A DNA stretch of 64,000 nt from NCBI RefSeq assembly GCF_044324875.1, contig NZ_CP172185.1; one strand, given 5' to 3'. Below the pieces are notes generated by a model. That model worked only from the letters and a program-made list of their open reading frames with translations. It had not been told where the DNA came from and searched no databases. The position numbers and the translations under genes are program-made. This document shows, piece by piece, positions 45,433-56,913 of this stretch. The first letter of the stretch is position 1, and the number at the start of each line of letters is the position of its first letter. The stretch comes from Escherichia coli (GTDB lineage: Bacteria; Pseudomonadota; Gammaproteobacteria; Enterobacterales; Enterobacteriaceae).

Positions 45433-46239
45433 TTAACTGCGCGTCGCCGCTTTCATCGGTTGTACAAAAACTTTCAGTGCCACCAGCATTTTCTCTGGCT
45501 CATTAATATGTTGCTCGATGATTTTAACAATGGCTGAACCTGAAATCGCGCCTGCAGCTCCTGCATCAATCGCTGCTTTGACCTGATCCGGGGCGGAAAT
45601 ACCAAATCCCTGCAATGGAGGTGCAGCGTTGTACTCTTTCAGCTTCGCAACCAGATGATCGAGGGGTAACGCGGCGCGGTTTTCTGCGCCGGTCACGCCC
45701 GCACGTGACAATAAATAGGTGTATCCACGACCGTAGGAGGCTATCTGGCGCAGCAAATCATCGTCGGCATTCGGCGGGCAAATAAAGATAGGTGCGACAT
45801 TATGACGCAACGCGGCCTGGCGGAAGGGAGCGGACTCTTCCACTGGCACATCGGCAACCAGCACCGAATCGACGCCGACTTTCTCGCACTGGGCATAAAA
45901 CTCATCAATGCCTTTGTTAAACACCAGGTTGGCATACATCAAAAGGCCGATGGGAATGGTCGGGTGCTTCTGGCGAATCAGTGCCAGCATCTCAAAGCAC
46001 TGTGCCGGGGTCACACCTGCCGCAAAGGCACGCAGTGTGGCGTTTTGAATCGTCGGGCCATCCGCCAGTGGGTCGGAGAAGGGGATACCTAACTCCAGCG
46101 CGTCAGCACCGGCTTCAATTAGCGTGTCGATAATTTTCAGCGACTGCTCAATGCCCGGATCACCGAGCGTGACGAAAGGAACGAATGCGCCTTCTTTGCG
46201 CTCCTTCAACTGGGCAAACAGAGATTCGTAGCGTTCCAT
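45433..46239 (-). CDS. trpA: Tryptophan synthase alpha chain
   Basis: 268-aa ORF. Confidence 0.97.
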   Translation of the reverse strand: MERYESLFAQLKERKEGAFVPFVTLGDPGIEQSLKIIDTLIEAGADALELGIPFSDPLADGPTIQNATLRAFAAGVTPAQCFEMLALIRQKHPTIPIGLLMYANLVFNKGIDEFYAQCEKVGVDSVLVADVPVEESAPFRQAALRHNVAPIFICPPNADDDLLRQIASYGRGYTYLLSRAGVTGAENRAALPLDHLVAKLKEYNAAPPLQGFGISAPDQVKAAIDAGAAGAISGSAIVKIIEQHINEPEKMLVALKVFVQPMKAATRS

Positions 46240-47432
46240 CAGATTTCCCCTCGTGCTTTCAAAATATCGTGAACGGTGAAGATGTCTTTATCGCCGCGAC
46301 CGGAAAGGTTAACCACCAGTAGCTGCTCTTTTTCCGGGTTTTCGCGCATCATTTTCAGCGCATGGGCCAGGGCGTGGGAGGATTCTAGCGCCGGGATGAT
46401 CCCTTCGTGCAGGCACAGCGTTTTGAAGGCTTCCAGTGCTTCATCATCGGTAATTGACACGTAATCAGCGCGTCCAGTGCTGTTAAGATACGCGTGTTGT
46501 GGGCCGACAGACGGGAAATCCAGTCCGGCGGAGATGGAGTAAGATTCTTCAATCTGTCCGTCTTCGGTTTGCATCATCGGCGCTTTCATACCGAAATAGA
46601 TGCCCACGCGACCGTGTTTTAACGGTGCGCCGTGCTCGCCAGTTTCGATACCGTGACCGCCTGGTTCGACACCAATCAGGCCGACGTCGGTTTCGTTGAT
46701 AAAATCAGCAAACATGCCGATGGCATTCGAACCGCCGCCAACACAGGCGATAACCGCATCCGGCAGGCGACCTTCTCTTTCCAGAATCTGCGCTTTCGTT
46801 TCTTCGCCAATCATTCGCTGAAACTCACGCACAATGGTCGGGTAAGGATGCGGGCCAGCCGCGGTGCCCAGCATATAGTGCGCGGTTTCATAACTGCCGG
46901 ACCAGTCGCGTAGCGCCTCATTACAGGCATCTTTCAGCGTCGCGGAACCGCTATGCACCGGGATCACTTCCGCACCCATTAAGCGCATACGAAAAACGTT
47001 AGGCGACTGGCGCTCGACGTCTTTGGCACCCATATAAATGCGACATTTCAGGCCGAGCAGGGCGCTGGCAAGGGCCGACGCCACGCCATGCTGACCGGCT
47101 CCGGTTTCGGCGATGATTTCCGTTTTACCCATCCGCTTCGCCAGCAACGCCTGGCCGAGCACCTGGTTGGTTTTATGCGCGCCGCCGTGCAGCAAATCTT
47201 CGCGCTTCAGATACAGCGTGGTGTTCGTGCCAGCCGTAATGTTCTGGCATTTGGTCAGCGCGGTTGGACGCCCGGCATAGTTTTTCAGCAGGTCGTTGAA
47301 CTGAGCCTGAAATTCAGGATCTTTTTGCGCACTGACAAAAGCTTCTTCCAGCTGGCGCAGAGCAGGCATCAGGATTTGTGGCACGTACATGCCGCCAAAC
47401 TCACCAAAATAGGGGTTAAGTAATGTTGTCAT
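46239..47432 (-). CDS. trpB: Tryptophan synthase beta chain
   Basis: 397-aa ORF; 1-bp overlap with trpA. Confidence 0.97.
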
Positions 47433-47443
47433 TGTTCCTTTCC

Positions 47444-48805
47444 TTAATATGCGCGCAGCGTCTGGAAAACCGAGGCCAAAAGACGTGCGTCTTTGATGCC
47501 CGGTTGCGACTCTACAGCAGAATTAAAATCAAGTCCGGCGCAGCCGGTTTGTGCCGCTTCCACGCAGTTATCTGCGCCTAAGCCCCCCGCCAGCAGAACG
47601 TTGCAAAGCGATTGACCGTTTAACAGTGACCAGTCGAAACGTTGCCCGCTTCCACCCTGGCCGTTGTCTAAAACATATTTATCAACGTGCTGAAGCTCGC
47701 GGGCTGGCAGGGTTTCACCGACGCTTAATGCTTTCCAGATGGCAACGTTTTCAGGCAGCGCACCACGCAGCGTATCGATATACAGCTGATCTTCATTACC
47801 ATGCAGTTGCACTGCTGCCAGCGATAACACCTTAGCTTTGTCCACCACATCGGCAATATCGTGATTGCGGAACACGCCAACATACTGCAACGGTGCCGCA
47901 GCCATCACTTCCTGCGCCTGTTCAACGTTGACGCAACGCGGTGACGTCGCAACAAAAATCAACCCACCGTAAATTGCGCCCGCGTCATAAGCTGCTTTAG
48001 CATCTTGCCCACGCGTCAGGCCACATACTTTATTCTCACCCAGCAACACCCGGCGCACGGCGGCGTGCAAATCGTCATGGGCCATCAACGCCGAACCAAT
48101 CAGAAAACCGTTAGCGAAGTGGCTTAACTCGCGCACCTGAGCGTAAGTATTGATGCCGGATTCGCTGATTACCGTCACGTTGTGCCCCAGTTTCGGCGCA
48201 AGCTCGCGGGTACGGTTGAGATCAATCGACAAATCACGCAGATCGCGGTTGTTGATGCCAACGACCTTTGCCCCCAATGCAATGGCACGCTCCAGTTCCT
48301 CTTCATTACTGACTTCGGTCAGCACACCCATCTCCAGACTGTGGGCGACGGCGGCAAGCTGGCGATATTGTTCGTCATCAAGTACTGAAAGCATTAATAA
48401 GCAGGCATCGGCCTGGTAATAGCGCGCCAGATAGATCTGGTAAGGGTCGATTATGAAGTCTTTACATAAAATCGGCTGCGGGGCGATTTGACTGACGATG
48501 GGGAGGAAATCAAAGCTCCCCTGAAAATATTTCTCATCAGTCAGCACCGAAATTGCCGAAGCGTAATGTTTATAAATGGCGGCAATGCGTGCCGGATCGA
48601 AATCATCACGGATCACGCCTTTTGACGGCGACGCTTTTTTACACTCCAGAATAAACGCCGTGCGTGCGCCCTGAAGTGCATCATAAAAATGTCGCGTGCT
48701 CGGCTGAACCACATTCTGAAAACTGGCCAGCGGTTGCTGTTCTTTGCGGGTTTCTACCCAAATCGCCTTGTCTGCGACGATTTTCGCTAAAACGGTTTGC
48801 ATCAT
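47444..48805 (-). CDS. trpC: Indole-3-glycerol phosphate synthase / PRA isomerase
   Basis: 453-aa ORF. Confidence 0.97.
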
Positions 48806-50401
48806 TTACCCTCGTGCCGCCAGTGCGGTGACTCTGTCGTAAGCGGAACCACTGCGCAGTACCTCAAGAACGGTTTGCGCATTGGCTTGCAGATCTTCAT
48901 GGCCATGCAGGCGCATTAACATGGCGACATTCGCCGCGACGGCTGCTTCATGGGCGGCGTCGCCTTTACCTTGTAACAAGCGTGTTAAAATGTCACGGTT
49001 TTCTTCCGGTGTTCCGCCTGCCAGTTGCTCCTGGTGGTAGGGGGTCAGGCCAAAATCTTCAGCGGTCAATTGATAGCTCTTAATTTCGCCGTCATGCAGT
49101 TCGGCAACGATTGTCGGCGCGTGTAATGAAACTTCATCCATCCCGCCGCTGTGCACCACTGCCGCGCGTTGATACCCCAGCACGCGCAAGGTTTCGGCAA
49201 TCGGTAGCACCAGTTCCGGACTATAAACACCAATTAACGCCAGCGGCGGATGCGCCGGGTTAATCAATGGCCCCAGCACATTGAACAGGGTGCGGGTTTT
49301 CAGTTGCTGGCGAACCGGCATCGCGTGGCGGAATCCGGTGTGATATTTCGGCGCAAAGAGGAAACATACGCCTAACTCATCCAGCGCCTGGCGCGATTTA
49401 TCGGCGTTCATATCAAGATTAATACCGAATGCCGCCAGCAGATCCGACGAGCCGGATTTACTGGAGACGCTGCGGTTACCGTGTTTCGCCACTTTCAGCC
49501 CACAGGCCGCGGCGACAAACGCACTGGCGGTAGAAATATTGATGCTGTTGCTGCCGTCACCGCCAGTACCGACGATATCAGCAAACAGATAATCCGGGCG
49601 CGGGAACGGCGCTGCGTTTTCCAGTAGCGCGGTTGCTGCCCCGGCGATCTCGTTCGGGTGCTCACCGCGAATTTTCATGCTCACCAGCGCCGCCGCCAGT
49701 TGTTCCGGCTTCAGCTCGCCACGCACCACCGCTGAAAACAGCTGGTGACTTTCTTGTTGGCTAAGCGTCTGCGCCTGATACAGTTTTTCCAGAATCGGTT
49801 GCAGCGTGTTAGTCGGTTCCAGTTTCTGCTGCGCCCAGGCCAATGTTTGTTCCAGCAGGCGAGCGCCCTGGGTAGTAAGAATGGATTCCGGATGGAACTG
49901 GAATCCACAAACGCGATCTGCATCGTGACGCACCGCCATCACCATGCCATTAAAATGGGCGTTGATGGTTAAACCGGCCGGAATGTTACTGCCAACCAGC
50001 GAGTGATAACGCGCCACTGGCAGCGGGTTTGTTAATCCGGCAAACATCGCCTGACCGTCATGTTCAATGCTGGAGGCTTTACCGTGAAGAATTTCGCCCG
50101 CCTGACCGACATACCCCCCATAAGCTTCGACAATCGCCTGATGACCGAGGCAAATGCCAATAATTGGCAGCTTGCCGCGCAGGCGGGTGAGGAGTTCCGG
50201 CATACAACCGGCTTCGCTTGGCACACCGGGGCCAGGAGAAAGCATCAGCACCGGATTGCTCATTGTCGCCAGGCGTTCAATTAAGGTCTGCGCCGGAATA
50301 TGGTTGCGGTAAATCACCACGTTATGACCATTGCTGCGCAACTGATCTGCCAGGTTGTAAGTAAAAGAGTCGATATTATCGAGCAGCAGAATGTCAGCCA
50401 T
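48806..50401 (-). CDS. trpD: Anthranilate synthase component II / anthranilate phosphoribosyltransferase
   Basis: 531-aa ORF. Confidence 0.97.
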   Translation of the reverse strand: MADILLLDNIDSFTYNLADQLRSNGHNVVIYRNHIPAQTLIERLATMSNPVLMLSPGPGVPSEAGCMPELLTRLRGKLPIIGICLGHQAIVEAYGGYVGQAGEILHGKASSIEHDGQAMFAGLTNPLPVARYHSLVGSNIPAGLTINAHFNGMVMAVRHDADRVCGFQFHPESILTTQGARLLEQTLAWAQQKLEPTNTLQPILEKLYQAQTLSQQESHQLFSAVVRGELKPEQLAAALVSMKIRGEHPNEIAGAATALLENAAPFPRPDYLFADIVGTGGDGSNSINISTASAFVAAACGLKVAKHGNRSVSSKSGSSDLLAAFGINLDMNADKSRQALDELGVCFLFAPKYHTGFRHAMPVRQQLKTRTLFNVLGPLINPAHPPLALIGVYSPELVLPIAETLRVLGYQRAAVVHSGGMDEVSLHAPTIVAELHDGEIKSYQLTAEDFGLTPYHQEQLAGGTPEENRDILTRLLQGKGDAAHEAAVAANVAMLMRLHGHEDLQANAQTVLEVLRSGSAYDRVTALAARG

Positions 50402-51963
50402 CAGAAAGTCTCCTGTGCATGGTGCGCGGTGGCGATAGCGCGCAGTACAGCGCGGGCTTTATTTCGGGTTTCGTCGGCTTCCGACTGCGGAACAGAATCA
50501 AGGACTACGCCAGCACCGGCTTGCACGGTGGCGATACCGTTTTCCACCAGCGCCGAGCGGATCACAATGCAGGTGTCGAGATCGCCATGCGCGGTGAAAT
50601 AACCTACCGCGCCGCCGTAGCTGCCGCGGCGACGACCTTCCGCCTCGGCAATTAACTGCATAGCGCGTACTTTCGGTGCACCGCTTAACGTCCCCATATT
50701 CATACAGGCGCGGTAAGCGTGCAGGGCGTCGAGATCGTGGCGCAGCTCACCGACCACGCGGGAGACCAGGTGCATCACGTAAGAGTAACGGTCAACTTTG
50801 GTGAGATCGGCGACGTAGCGGCTGCCGGGGGTGCAAATGCGCGCCAGGTCATTACGGGCGAGATCCACCAGCATCAGATGTTCAGAAAGCTCTTTATGAT
50901 CGGTACGCATTTCCAGTTCGATGCGGCTGTCGAGGTCTCTGTCCAGCGAGCCATCGGCGCGACGACCGCGCGGGCGTGTTCCGGCAATCGGGTAGATCTC
51001 AATCTGGCGGCTGGTGGCGTCATACTTGAGCGAACTTTCCGGCGACGCGCCAAACAGGGTGAAATCATTATCCTGCATAAAAAACATGTACGGGCTGGGA
51101 TTACTCTTTTTCAGCACGTAATAGGCCGCCAGCGGTGACGGGCAGGGCAGAGAGAAACGGCGAGATGGTACGACCTGGAAAATTTCTCCGGCGCGAATCG
51201 CTTTTTGCAACAAACGCACTACGCCACCGAACTCTTCATCGCTCTGGTTACATTCACAACGCATATGCGGCACGGAAACCACCGGCAGCGGTGGCGCGGT
51301 TTCAGTCAGTTGCTGGCGAAGATCGTTCAGGCGAGCAGTGAGACGTTGTTTTTCTTCTTCATTCGGAGCAAACAGACTGGCCTGAATGCGGGTGCTTTTT
51401 TTCTGATGGTCAATCACCATCAGCGTTTCAGCGAGATAAAAACAGAAATCAGGGCAGTTATTTTCCGCTGACAGTTGCGGTAAATCTTCAAACCCCACCA
51501 CAAGGTCATAAGAGAACAGGCCGCCGAAGAACATTGCTTCTCGTTCTTCCTTCGGTACATGCAACAGATTCTGTAATAAGCGGAAAGCGTCAAAAACCGA
51601 AAGGGAGCATAAGCGGGCGTCTTCATCCAGCAGTGGACTGACAGGGGGGAAGCGCAGCACACGGCAGTTTGGTGATTGTTCATTTTCCACACCCGCAGGC
51701 AGGGCGTTATCCAGTAGTGCCAGCAGGGCTTCACCATTGCCGGAAAGTGCCTGAATTGTGACCGTGTCACCTAATGCTGTAATGCGCAGCGCACTGTCTA
51801 CCAGCAGCAGGCTTTTTAAATCATCTTTGCTGTCGATATCTGCGGATTCCAGCAGCAGCGTTGCTGGACGATTCCCACACAACTGGTGAAAAAGCGCAGT
51901 CGGGTTGTCGCGATAAGCGCCTTCGCAGGTTAGCAGTTCAAGAGTCGGTTTTTGTGTTTGCAT
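50401..51963 (-). CDS. trpE: Anthranilate synthase component I
   Basis: 520-aa ORF; 1-bp overlap with trpD. Confidence 0.97.
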   Translation of the reverse strand: MQTQKPTLELLTCEGAYRDNPTALFHQLCGNRPATLLLESADIDSKDDLKSLLLVDSALRITALGDTVTIQALSGNGEALLALLDNALPAGVENEQSPNCRVLRFPPVSPLLDEDARLCSLSVFDAFRLLQNLLHVPKEEREAMFFGGLFSYDLVVGFEDLPQLSAENNCPDFCFYLAETLMVIDHQKKSTRIQASLFAPNEEEKQRLTARLNDLRQQLTETAPPLPVVSVPHMRCECNQSDEEFGGVVRLLQKAIRAGEIFQVVPSRRFSLPCPSPLAAYYVLKKSNPSPYMFFMQDNDFTLFGASPESSLKYDATSRQIEIYPIAGTRPRGRRADGSLDRDLDSRIELEMRTDHKELSEHLMLVDLARNDLARICTPGSRYVADLTKVDRYSYVMHLVSRVVGELRHDLDALHAYRACMNMGTLSGAPKVRAMQLIAEAEGRRRGSYGGAVGYFTAHGDLDTCIVIRSALVENGIATVQAGAGVVLDSVPQSEADETRNKARAVLRAIATAHHAQETF

Positions 51964-51984
51964 TGTTATTCTCTAATTTTGTTC

Positions 51985-52013
51985 AAAAAAAAGCCCGCTC
52001 ATTAGGCGGGCTG
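51985..52013 (-). terminator. trp attenuator (3:4 terminator hairpin)
   Basis: Minus-strand AGCCCGCCTAATGAGCGGGCT followed by U8. Confidence 0.9.
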
Positions 52014-52054
52014 GGTATCTGATTGCTTTACGCATGGTGAATACACTGCCCGTT

Positions 52055-52099
52055 TCAGGAAGTGCGCCACCAACCTTTCAGTACGAAAATTGCTTTCAT
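52055..52099 (-). CDS. trpL: trp leader peptide (14 aa, tandem Trp codons)
   Basis: Hand-translated [14 protein letters not shown]; below ORF-track cutoff. Confidence 0.9.
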
Positions 52100-52119
52100 T
52101 GTCGATACCCTTTTTACGT

Positions 52120-52165
52120 GAACTTGCGTACTAGTTAACTAGTTCGATGATTAATTGTCAACAGC
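52120..52165 (-). promoter_or_regulatory. trp promoter with TrpR operator
   Basis: Minus-strand TTGACA -35, TTAACT -10, palindromic ACTAGTTAACTAGT operator. Confidence 0.9.
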
Positions 52166-52236
52166 TCATTTCAGAATATTTGCCAGAACCGTTATGATGT
52201 CGGCGCAAAAAACATTATCCAGAACGGGAGTGCGCC

Positions 52237-53118
52237 TTGAGCGACACGAATTACGCAGTGATTTACGACCTGCACAGCCATACCACAGCTTCCGATGGCT
52301 GCCTGACGCCAGAAGCATTGGTGCACCGTGCAGTCGAGATGCGCGTCGGCACCCTGGCGATCACCGACCATGACACCACAGCTGCAATCGCGCCAGCAAG
52401 AGAGGAAATTTCACGTTCGGGACTGGCGCTGAATCTTATTCCCGGCGTGGAAATTTCCACGGTCTGGGAAAATCATGAAATTCATATTGTCGGGCTGAAT
52501 ATTGATATTACTCATCCGCTAATGTGTGAGTTCCTCGCGCAGCAGACAGAACGGCGCAATCAGCGGGCGCAGCTGATTGCCGAAAGACTTGAAAAAGCGC
52601 AAATACCAGGTGCGCTGGAAGGCGCGCAACGACTGGCGCAGGGCGGTGCGGTGACGCGCGGTCATTTTGCGCGTTTCCTTGTGGAGTGCGGCAAAGCCAG
52701 TTCAATGGCGGATGTCTTTAAAAAATATCTGGCGCGCGGGAAAACCGGATACGTTCCGCCACAGTGGTGTACAATAGAACAAGCTATTGATGTCATTCAT
52801 CATTCTGGCGGTAAGGCGGTGCTAGCTCATCCTGGGCGGTACAATCTTAGTGCTAAATGGCTGAAAAGATTGGTTGCGCATTTTGCTGAACACCACGGCG
52901 ACGCGATGGAAGTCGCGCAGTGCCAGCAATCGCCCAATGAACGCACCCAGCTGGCGACACTTGCGCGTCAGCATCATTTATGGGCATCACAAGGATCTGA
53001 TTTTCATCAGCCATGCCCGTGGATCGAACTGGGTCGTAAACTCTGGCTGCCCGCAGGCGTTGAAGGCGTCTGGCAGCTATGGGAACAGCCGCAGAACACC
53101 ACAGAGAGGGAATTATGA
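52237..53118 (+). CDS. trpH: PHP-domain phosphoesterase TrpH (YciV)
   Basis: 293-aa ORF. Confidence 0.9.
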   Translation: MSDTNYAVIYDLHSHTTASDGCLTPEALVHRAVEMRVGTLAITDHDTTAAIAPAREEISRSGLALNLIPGVEISTVWENHEIHIVGLNIDITHPLMCEFLAQQTERRNQRAQLIAERLEKAQIPGALEGAQRLAQGGAVTRGHFARFLVECGKASSMADVFKKYLARGKTGYVPPQWCTIEQAIDVIHHSGGKAVLAHPGRYNLSAKWLKRLVAHFAEHHGDAMEVAQCQQSPNERTQLATLARQHHLWASQGSDFHQPCPWIELGRKLWLPAGVEGVWQLWEQPQNTTEREL

Positions 53119-53735
53119 GCCAGTTTTTTTATATTCATCCTGATAATCCGCAGCAACGTCTGATCAACCAAGCGGTGGAGATCGTGCGTAAAGGCGGGGT
53201 GATTGTTTATCCAACCGATTCCGGCTATGCGCTCGGCTGTAAAATTGAAGATAAAAACGCCATGGAGCGTATTTGTCGAATTCGCCAGCTGCCGGACGGT
53301 CACAACTTTACCCTGATGTGTCGCGATCTTTCTGAGCTCTCGACCTATTCATTCGTGGATAACGTTGCGTTTCGTTTGATGAAAAACAACACGCCGGGCA
53401 ACTACACCTTCATCCTGAAAGGGACGAAGGAGGTGCCACGCCGTCTGTTGCAGGAAAAACGCAAAACCATCGGTATGCGTGTGCCTTCTAACCCGATTGC
53501 GCAGGCGTTGCTTGAAGCACTGGGCGAACCGATGCTTTCCACTTCGCTAATGCTGCCAGGCAGCGAATTTACCGAATCCGATCCGGAAGAAATTAAAGAC
53601 CGTCTGGAAAAACAGGTGGACTTGATTATTCACGGCGGCTATCTCGGGCAGAAACCAACAACGGTTATTGATCTTACTGATGATACGCCGGTCGTGGTGC
53701 GTGAAGGCGTAGGTGATGTGAAGCCTTTCTTATAA
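53115..53735 (+). CDS. yciO: YrdC/Sua5-family protein YciO
   Basis: 206-aa ORF MSQFFYIHPDNPQQRLINQAVE; ATGA overlap with trpH stop. Confidence 0.9.
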   Translation: MSQFFYIHPDNPQQRLINQAVEIVRKGGVIVYPTDSGYALGCKIEDKNAMERICRIRQLPDGHNFTLMCRDLSELSTYSFVDNVAFRLMKNNTPGNYTFILKGTKEVPRRLLQEKRKTIGMRVPSNPIAQALLEALGEPMLSTSLMLPGSEFTESDPEEIKDRLEKQVDLIIHGGYLGQKPTTVIDLTDDTPVVVREGVGDVKPFL

Positions 53736-53762
53736 CAAATTGCGTTCCACGGATGGAAGACT

Positions 53763-55658
53763 ATGGCAGGGATATATCGCTGCATTTTGCTGTTGATAGT
53801 TGGGCTTTTTTTCTCTTCGTTGAGTTATCCGAAAAACACGGAGATCCCTTTTTATGAAGAAGGGATCTCGCTCTTTGATGTTGAAGCCACTCTGCAACCG
53901 GATGGGGTGCTCGACATCAAAGAAAATATTCATTTTCAGGCGCGAAATCAGCAGATTAAGCACGGATTTTATCGTGATTTACCACGACTCTGGATGCAGC
54001 CTGATGGGGACGCTGCACTGCTGAACTATCATATTGTTGGCGTCACCCGTGATGGTATTCCTGAACCCTGGCATCTTGACTGGCATATCGGGTTAATGAG
54101 TATTGTCGTGGGCGATAAACAACGTTTCTTGCCTCAAGGCGACTATCATTATCAAATTCATTATCAGGTTAAAAATGCTTTCCTGCGTGAGGGAGATTCA
54201 GATCTGTTAATCTGGAACGTGACTGGTAACCACTGGCCGTTTGAAATCTATAAGACCCGATTTTCACTCAAGTTCCCTGATATCGCGGGTAATCCATTTA
54301 GCGAAATCGATCTCTTTACTGGAGAAGAGGGCGACACATATCGAAATGGCCGCATCCTTGAGGACGGAAGAATTGAATCCCGCGATCCGTTTTATCGTGA
54401 AGATTTCACGGTACTCTACCGCTGGCCTCACGCTTTACTTAGCAATGCCCCGGCTCCACAAACGACGAATATTTTCAGCCATCTTCTTTTACCCTCCACG
54501 TCATCGTTGTTAATTTGGTTTCCGTGTCTATTCCTGGTTTGTGGATGGTTATATCTCTGGAAGCGCAGGCCGCAATTTACGCCGGTAGATGTGATTGAAA
54601 CCGATGTCATTCCGCCAGATTACACGCCCGGCATGTTACGTCTCGATGCGAAGCTGGTTTACGACGATAAAGGTTTTTGTGCCGATATCGTAAATCTGAT
54701 TGTGAAAGGCAAAATTCATCTGAAAGATCAGTATGACAAGAACCAGCAAATCCTGATTCGTGTTAATGAAGGCGCGACCAGAAATAATGCGGTATTACTG
54801 CCCGCAGAGAAGTTATTACTGGAAGCGTTATTTCGTAAAGGCGATAAGGTCGTTCTTACGGGGAGACGCAACAGAGTCTTACGCAGTGCATTTTTACGGA
54901 TGCAGAAATTTTATCTGCCGCGTAAAAAGTCTTCGTTTTACCGGCCTGATACGTTTTTGCAATGGGGCGGAATGGCGATATTGGCGGTCATTCTCTATGG
55001 TAACCTGAGTCCCGTAGGTTGGGCAGGAATGAGTCTGGTTGGCGATATGTTTATTATGATCTGCTGGCTTCTTCCTTTTTTATTTTGTTCCCTTGAGCTT
55101 TTGTTTGCCCGCGATGATGACAAGCCTTGCGTTAATCGTGTAATCATCACTTTGTTTTTACCGCTGATTTGTTCAGGCGTGGCCTTTTACTCTCTCTATA
55201 TCAATGTCGGAGATGTATTCTTTTACTGGTATATGCCAGCGGGTTATTTTAGCGCTGTTTTCCTGACCGGTTATCTCACTGGCATAGGGTATATTTTTCT
55301 GCCAAAGTTTACCCAAACTGGGCAGCAACGTTATGCCCACGGTGAAGCTATCGTTAACTATCTTGCGGGTAAAGAGGCAGCAACACACAGTGGGCGGCGG
55401 CGGAAAGGGGAAACACGGAAACTGGATTACGCGTTGTTAGGTTGGGCGGTCTCGGCAAACCTTGGCAGAGAATGGGCAGCACGTATCACCCCATCACTCA
55501 CAGCGGCTGTTCGCGCCCCGGAAATTGCCCGTAGTGGCGTTTTGTTCTCATTACAGATGCACCTGAGTCTGGGGGCCAATACCAGTTTGTTGGGGCGAAG
55601 TTATTCCGGTGGTGGTGCTGGCGGCGGGGCGGGTGGCGGAGGCGGTGGTGGCTGGTAA
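53763..55658 (+). CDS. yciQ: Membrane protein YciQ (DUF2207-like), Gly-rich C-terminus
   Basis: 631-aa ORF with multiple TM segments; ends in a Gly-rich tail. Confidence 0.85.
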   Translation: MAGIYRCILLLIVGLFFSSLSYPKNTEIPFYEEGISLFDVEATLQPDGVLDIKENIHFQARNQQIKHGFYRDLPRLWMQPDGDAALLNYHIVGVTRDGIPEPWHLDWHIGLMSIVVGDKQRFLPQGDYHYQIHYQVKNAFLREGDSDLLIWNVTGNHWPFEIYKTRFSLKFPDIAGNPFSEIDLFTGEEGDTYRNGRILEDGRIESRDPFYREDFTVLYRWPHALLSNAPAPQTTNIFSHLLLPSTSSLLIWFPCLFLVCGWLYLWKRRPQFTPVDVIETDVIPPDYTPGMLRLDAKLVYDDKGFCADIVNLIVKGKIHLKDQYDKNQQILIRVNEGATRNNAVLLPAEKLLLEALFRKGDKVVLTGRRNRVLRSAFLRMQKFYLPRKKSSFYRPDTFLQWGGMAILAVILYGNLSPVGWAGMSLVGDMFIMICWLLPFLFCSLELLFARDDDKPCVNRVIITLFLPLICSGVAFYSLYINVGDVFFYWYMPAGYFSAVFLTGYLTGIGYIFLPKFTQTGQQRYAHGEAIVNYLAGKEAATHSGRRRKGETRKLDYALLGWAVSANLGREWAARITPSLTAAVRAPEIARSGVLFSLQMHLSLGANTSLLGRSYSGGGAGGGAGGGGGGGW

Positions 55659-55868
55659 TTAAGCTGATGTTAATCGAAACAAGCTTTAACCATAAAGATA
55701 GTGTAGTATGTTGCGCCTCAAAGCCAGGCCGATAAACGTCGAGTCGTTTACTTAAGGCCTGAAGAGTTCAAACAGACTTTACTATCAGTGAGTCAGATGT
55801 AAGTTCTGACTCACTGTTGCACAAAAGCATATCAGACGCCTGGGAAGGCGACACCAAAAGGAAGCTCT

Positions 55869-56744
55869 ATGAGCGAAAAGCTACAGAAAGTGCTGGCGCG
55901 TGCCGGCCACGGCTCTCGCCGTGAAATCGAATCTATTATTGAAGCCGGTCGTGTGAGTGTTGATGGCAAAATTGCTAAACTCGGCGATCGCGTTGAAATT
56001 ACCCCTGGATTGAAAATCCGTATCGATGGTCACCTGATTTCGGTACGTGAGTCCGCTGAACAAATTTGTCGCGTTCTGGCCTATTACAAACCGGAAGGTG
56101 AGTTGTGTACCCGTAACGATCCGGAAGGGCGTCCAACGGTGTTTGACCGTCTGCCAAAGCTGCGTGGCGCACGCTGGATTGCCGTGGGTCGCCTGGACGT
56201 TAATACCTGTGGTCTGCTGCTGTTCACTACCGACGGTGAACTGGCAAACCGTTTAATGCATCCAAGCCGTGAAGTTGAACGTGAATATGCCGTGCGTGTA
56301 TTTGGTCAGGTTGACGACGCGAAACTGCGTGATTTGAGTCGTGGCGTGCAGCTGGAAGATGGTCCGGCAGCCTTTAAAACCATCAAGTTCAGCGGCGGCG
56401 AAGGGATCAACCAGTGGTACAACGTAACTCTGACCGAAGGCCGTAACCGTGAAGTTCGTCGTCTTTGGGAAGCGGTTGGTGTGCAGGTAAGCCGCCTGAT
56501 CCGTGTTCGTTACGGTGATATCCCACTGCCGAAAGGTCTGCCACGCGGTGGCTGGACGGAGCTGGACCTCGCCCAGACTAACTATCTACGCGAACTGGTG
56601 GAGCTACCGCCAGAAACCAGCTCTAAAGTCGCTGTAGAAAAAGACCGTCGTCGTATGAAGGCGAATCAGATTCGTCGAGCGGTTAAGCGTCACAGTCAGG
56701 TGAGCGGCGGTCGTCGTTCTGGTGGACGTAATAATAACGGTTAA
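55869..56744 (+). CDS. rluB: 23S rRNA pseudouridine(2605) synthase
   Basis: 291-aa ORF with S4 domain and Arg/Gly-rich tail. Confidence 0.95.
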   Translation: MSEKLQKVLARAGHGSRREIESIIEAGRVSVDGKIAKLGDRVEITPGLKIRIDGHLISVRESAEQICRVLAYYKPEGELCTRNDPEGRPTVFDRLPKLRGARWIAVGRLDVNTCGLLLFTTDGELANRLMHPSREVEREYAVRVFGQVDDAKLRDLSRGVQLEDGPAAFKTIKFSGGEGINQWYNVTLTEGRNREVRRLWEAVGVQVSRLIRVRYGDIPLPKGLPRGGWTELDLAQTNYLRELVELPPETSSKVAVEKDRRRMKANQIRRAVKRHSQVSGGRRSGGRNNNG

Positions 56745-56761
56745 TTTAAGATAAGTATAAA

Positions 56762-56788
56762 ATAAAGGCCCTGCGGGGCCTTTTCTTC
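56762..56788 (+). terminator. Terminator after rluB
   Basis: aaaggccc-tgcg-gggccttt hairpin plus TTTTCTTC. Confidence 0.7.
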
Positions 56789-56913
56789 ATTTGAAGCATG
56801 ATAAATAGTCGCAGTATTTTAATTTAATTTCATACTTGCTTATGAATAATACCCGGAAATAGCCACATTACTATTTAATTATCTGAGATAAACTCAACGT
56901 CAAGAGGTGGGTT

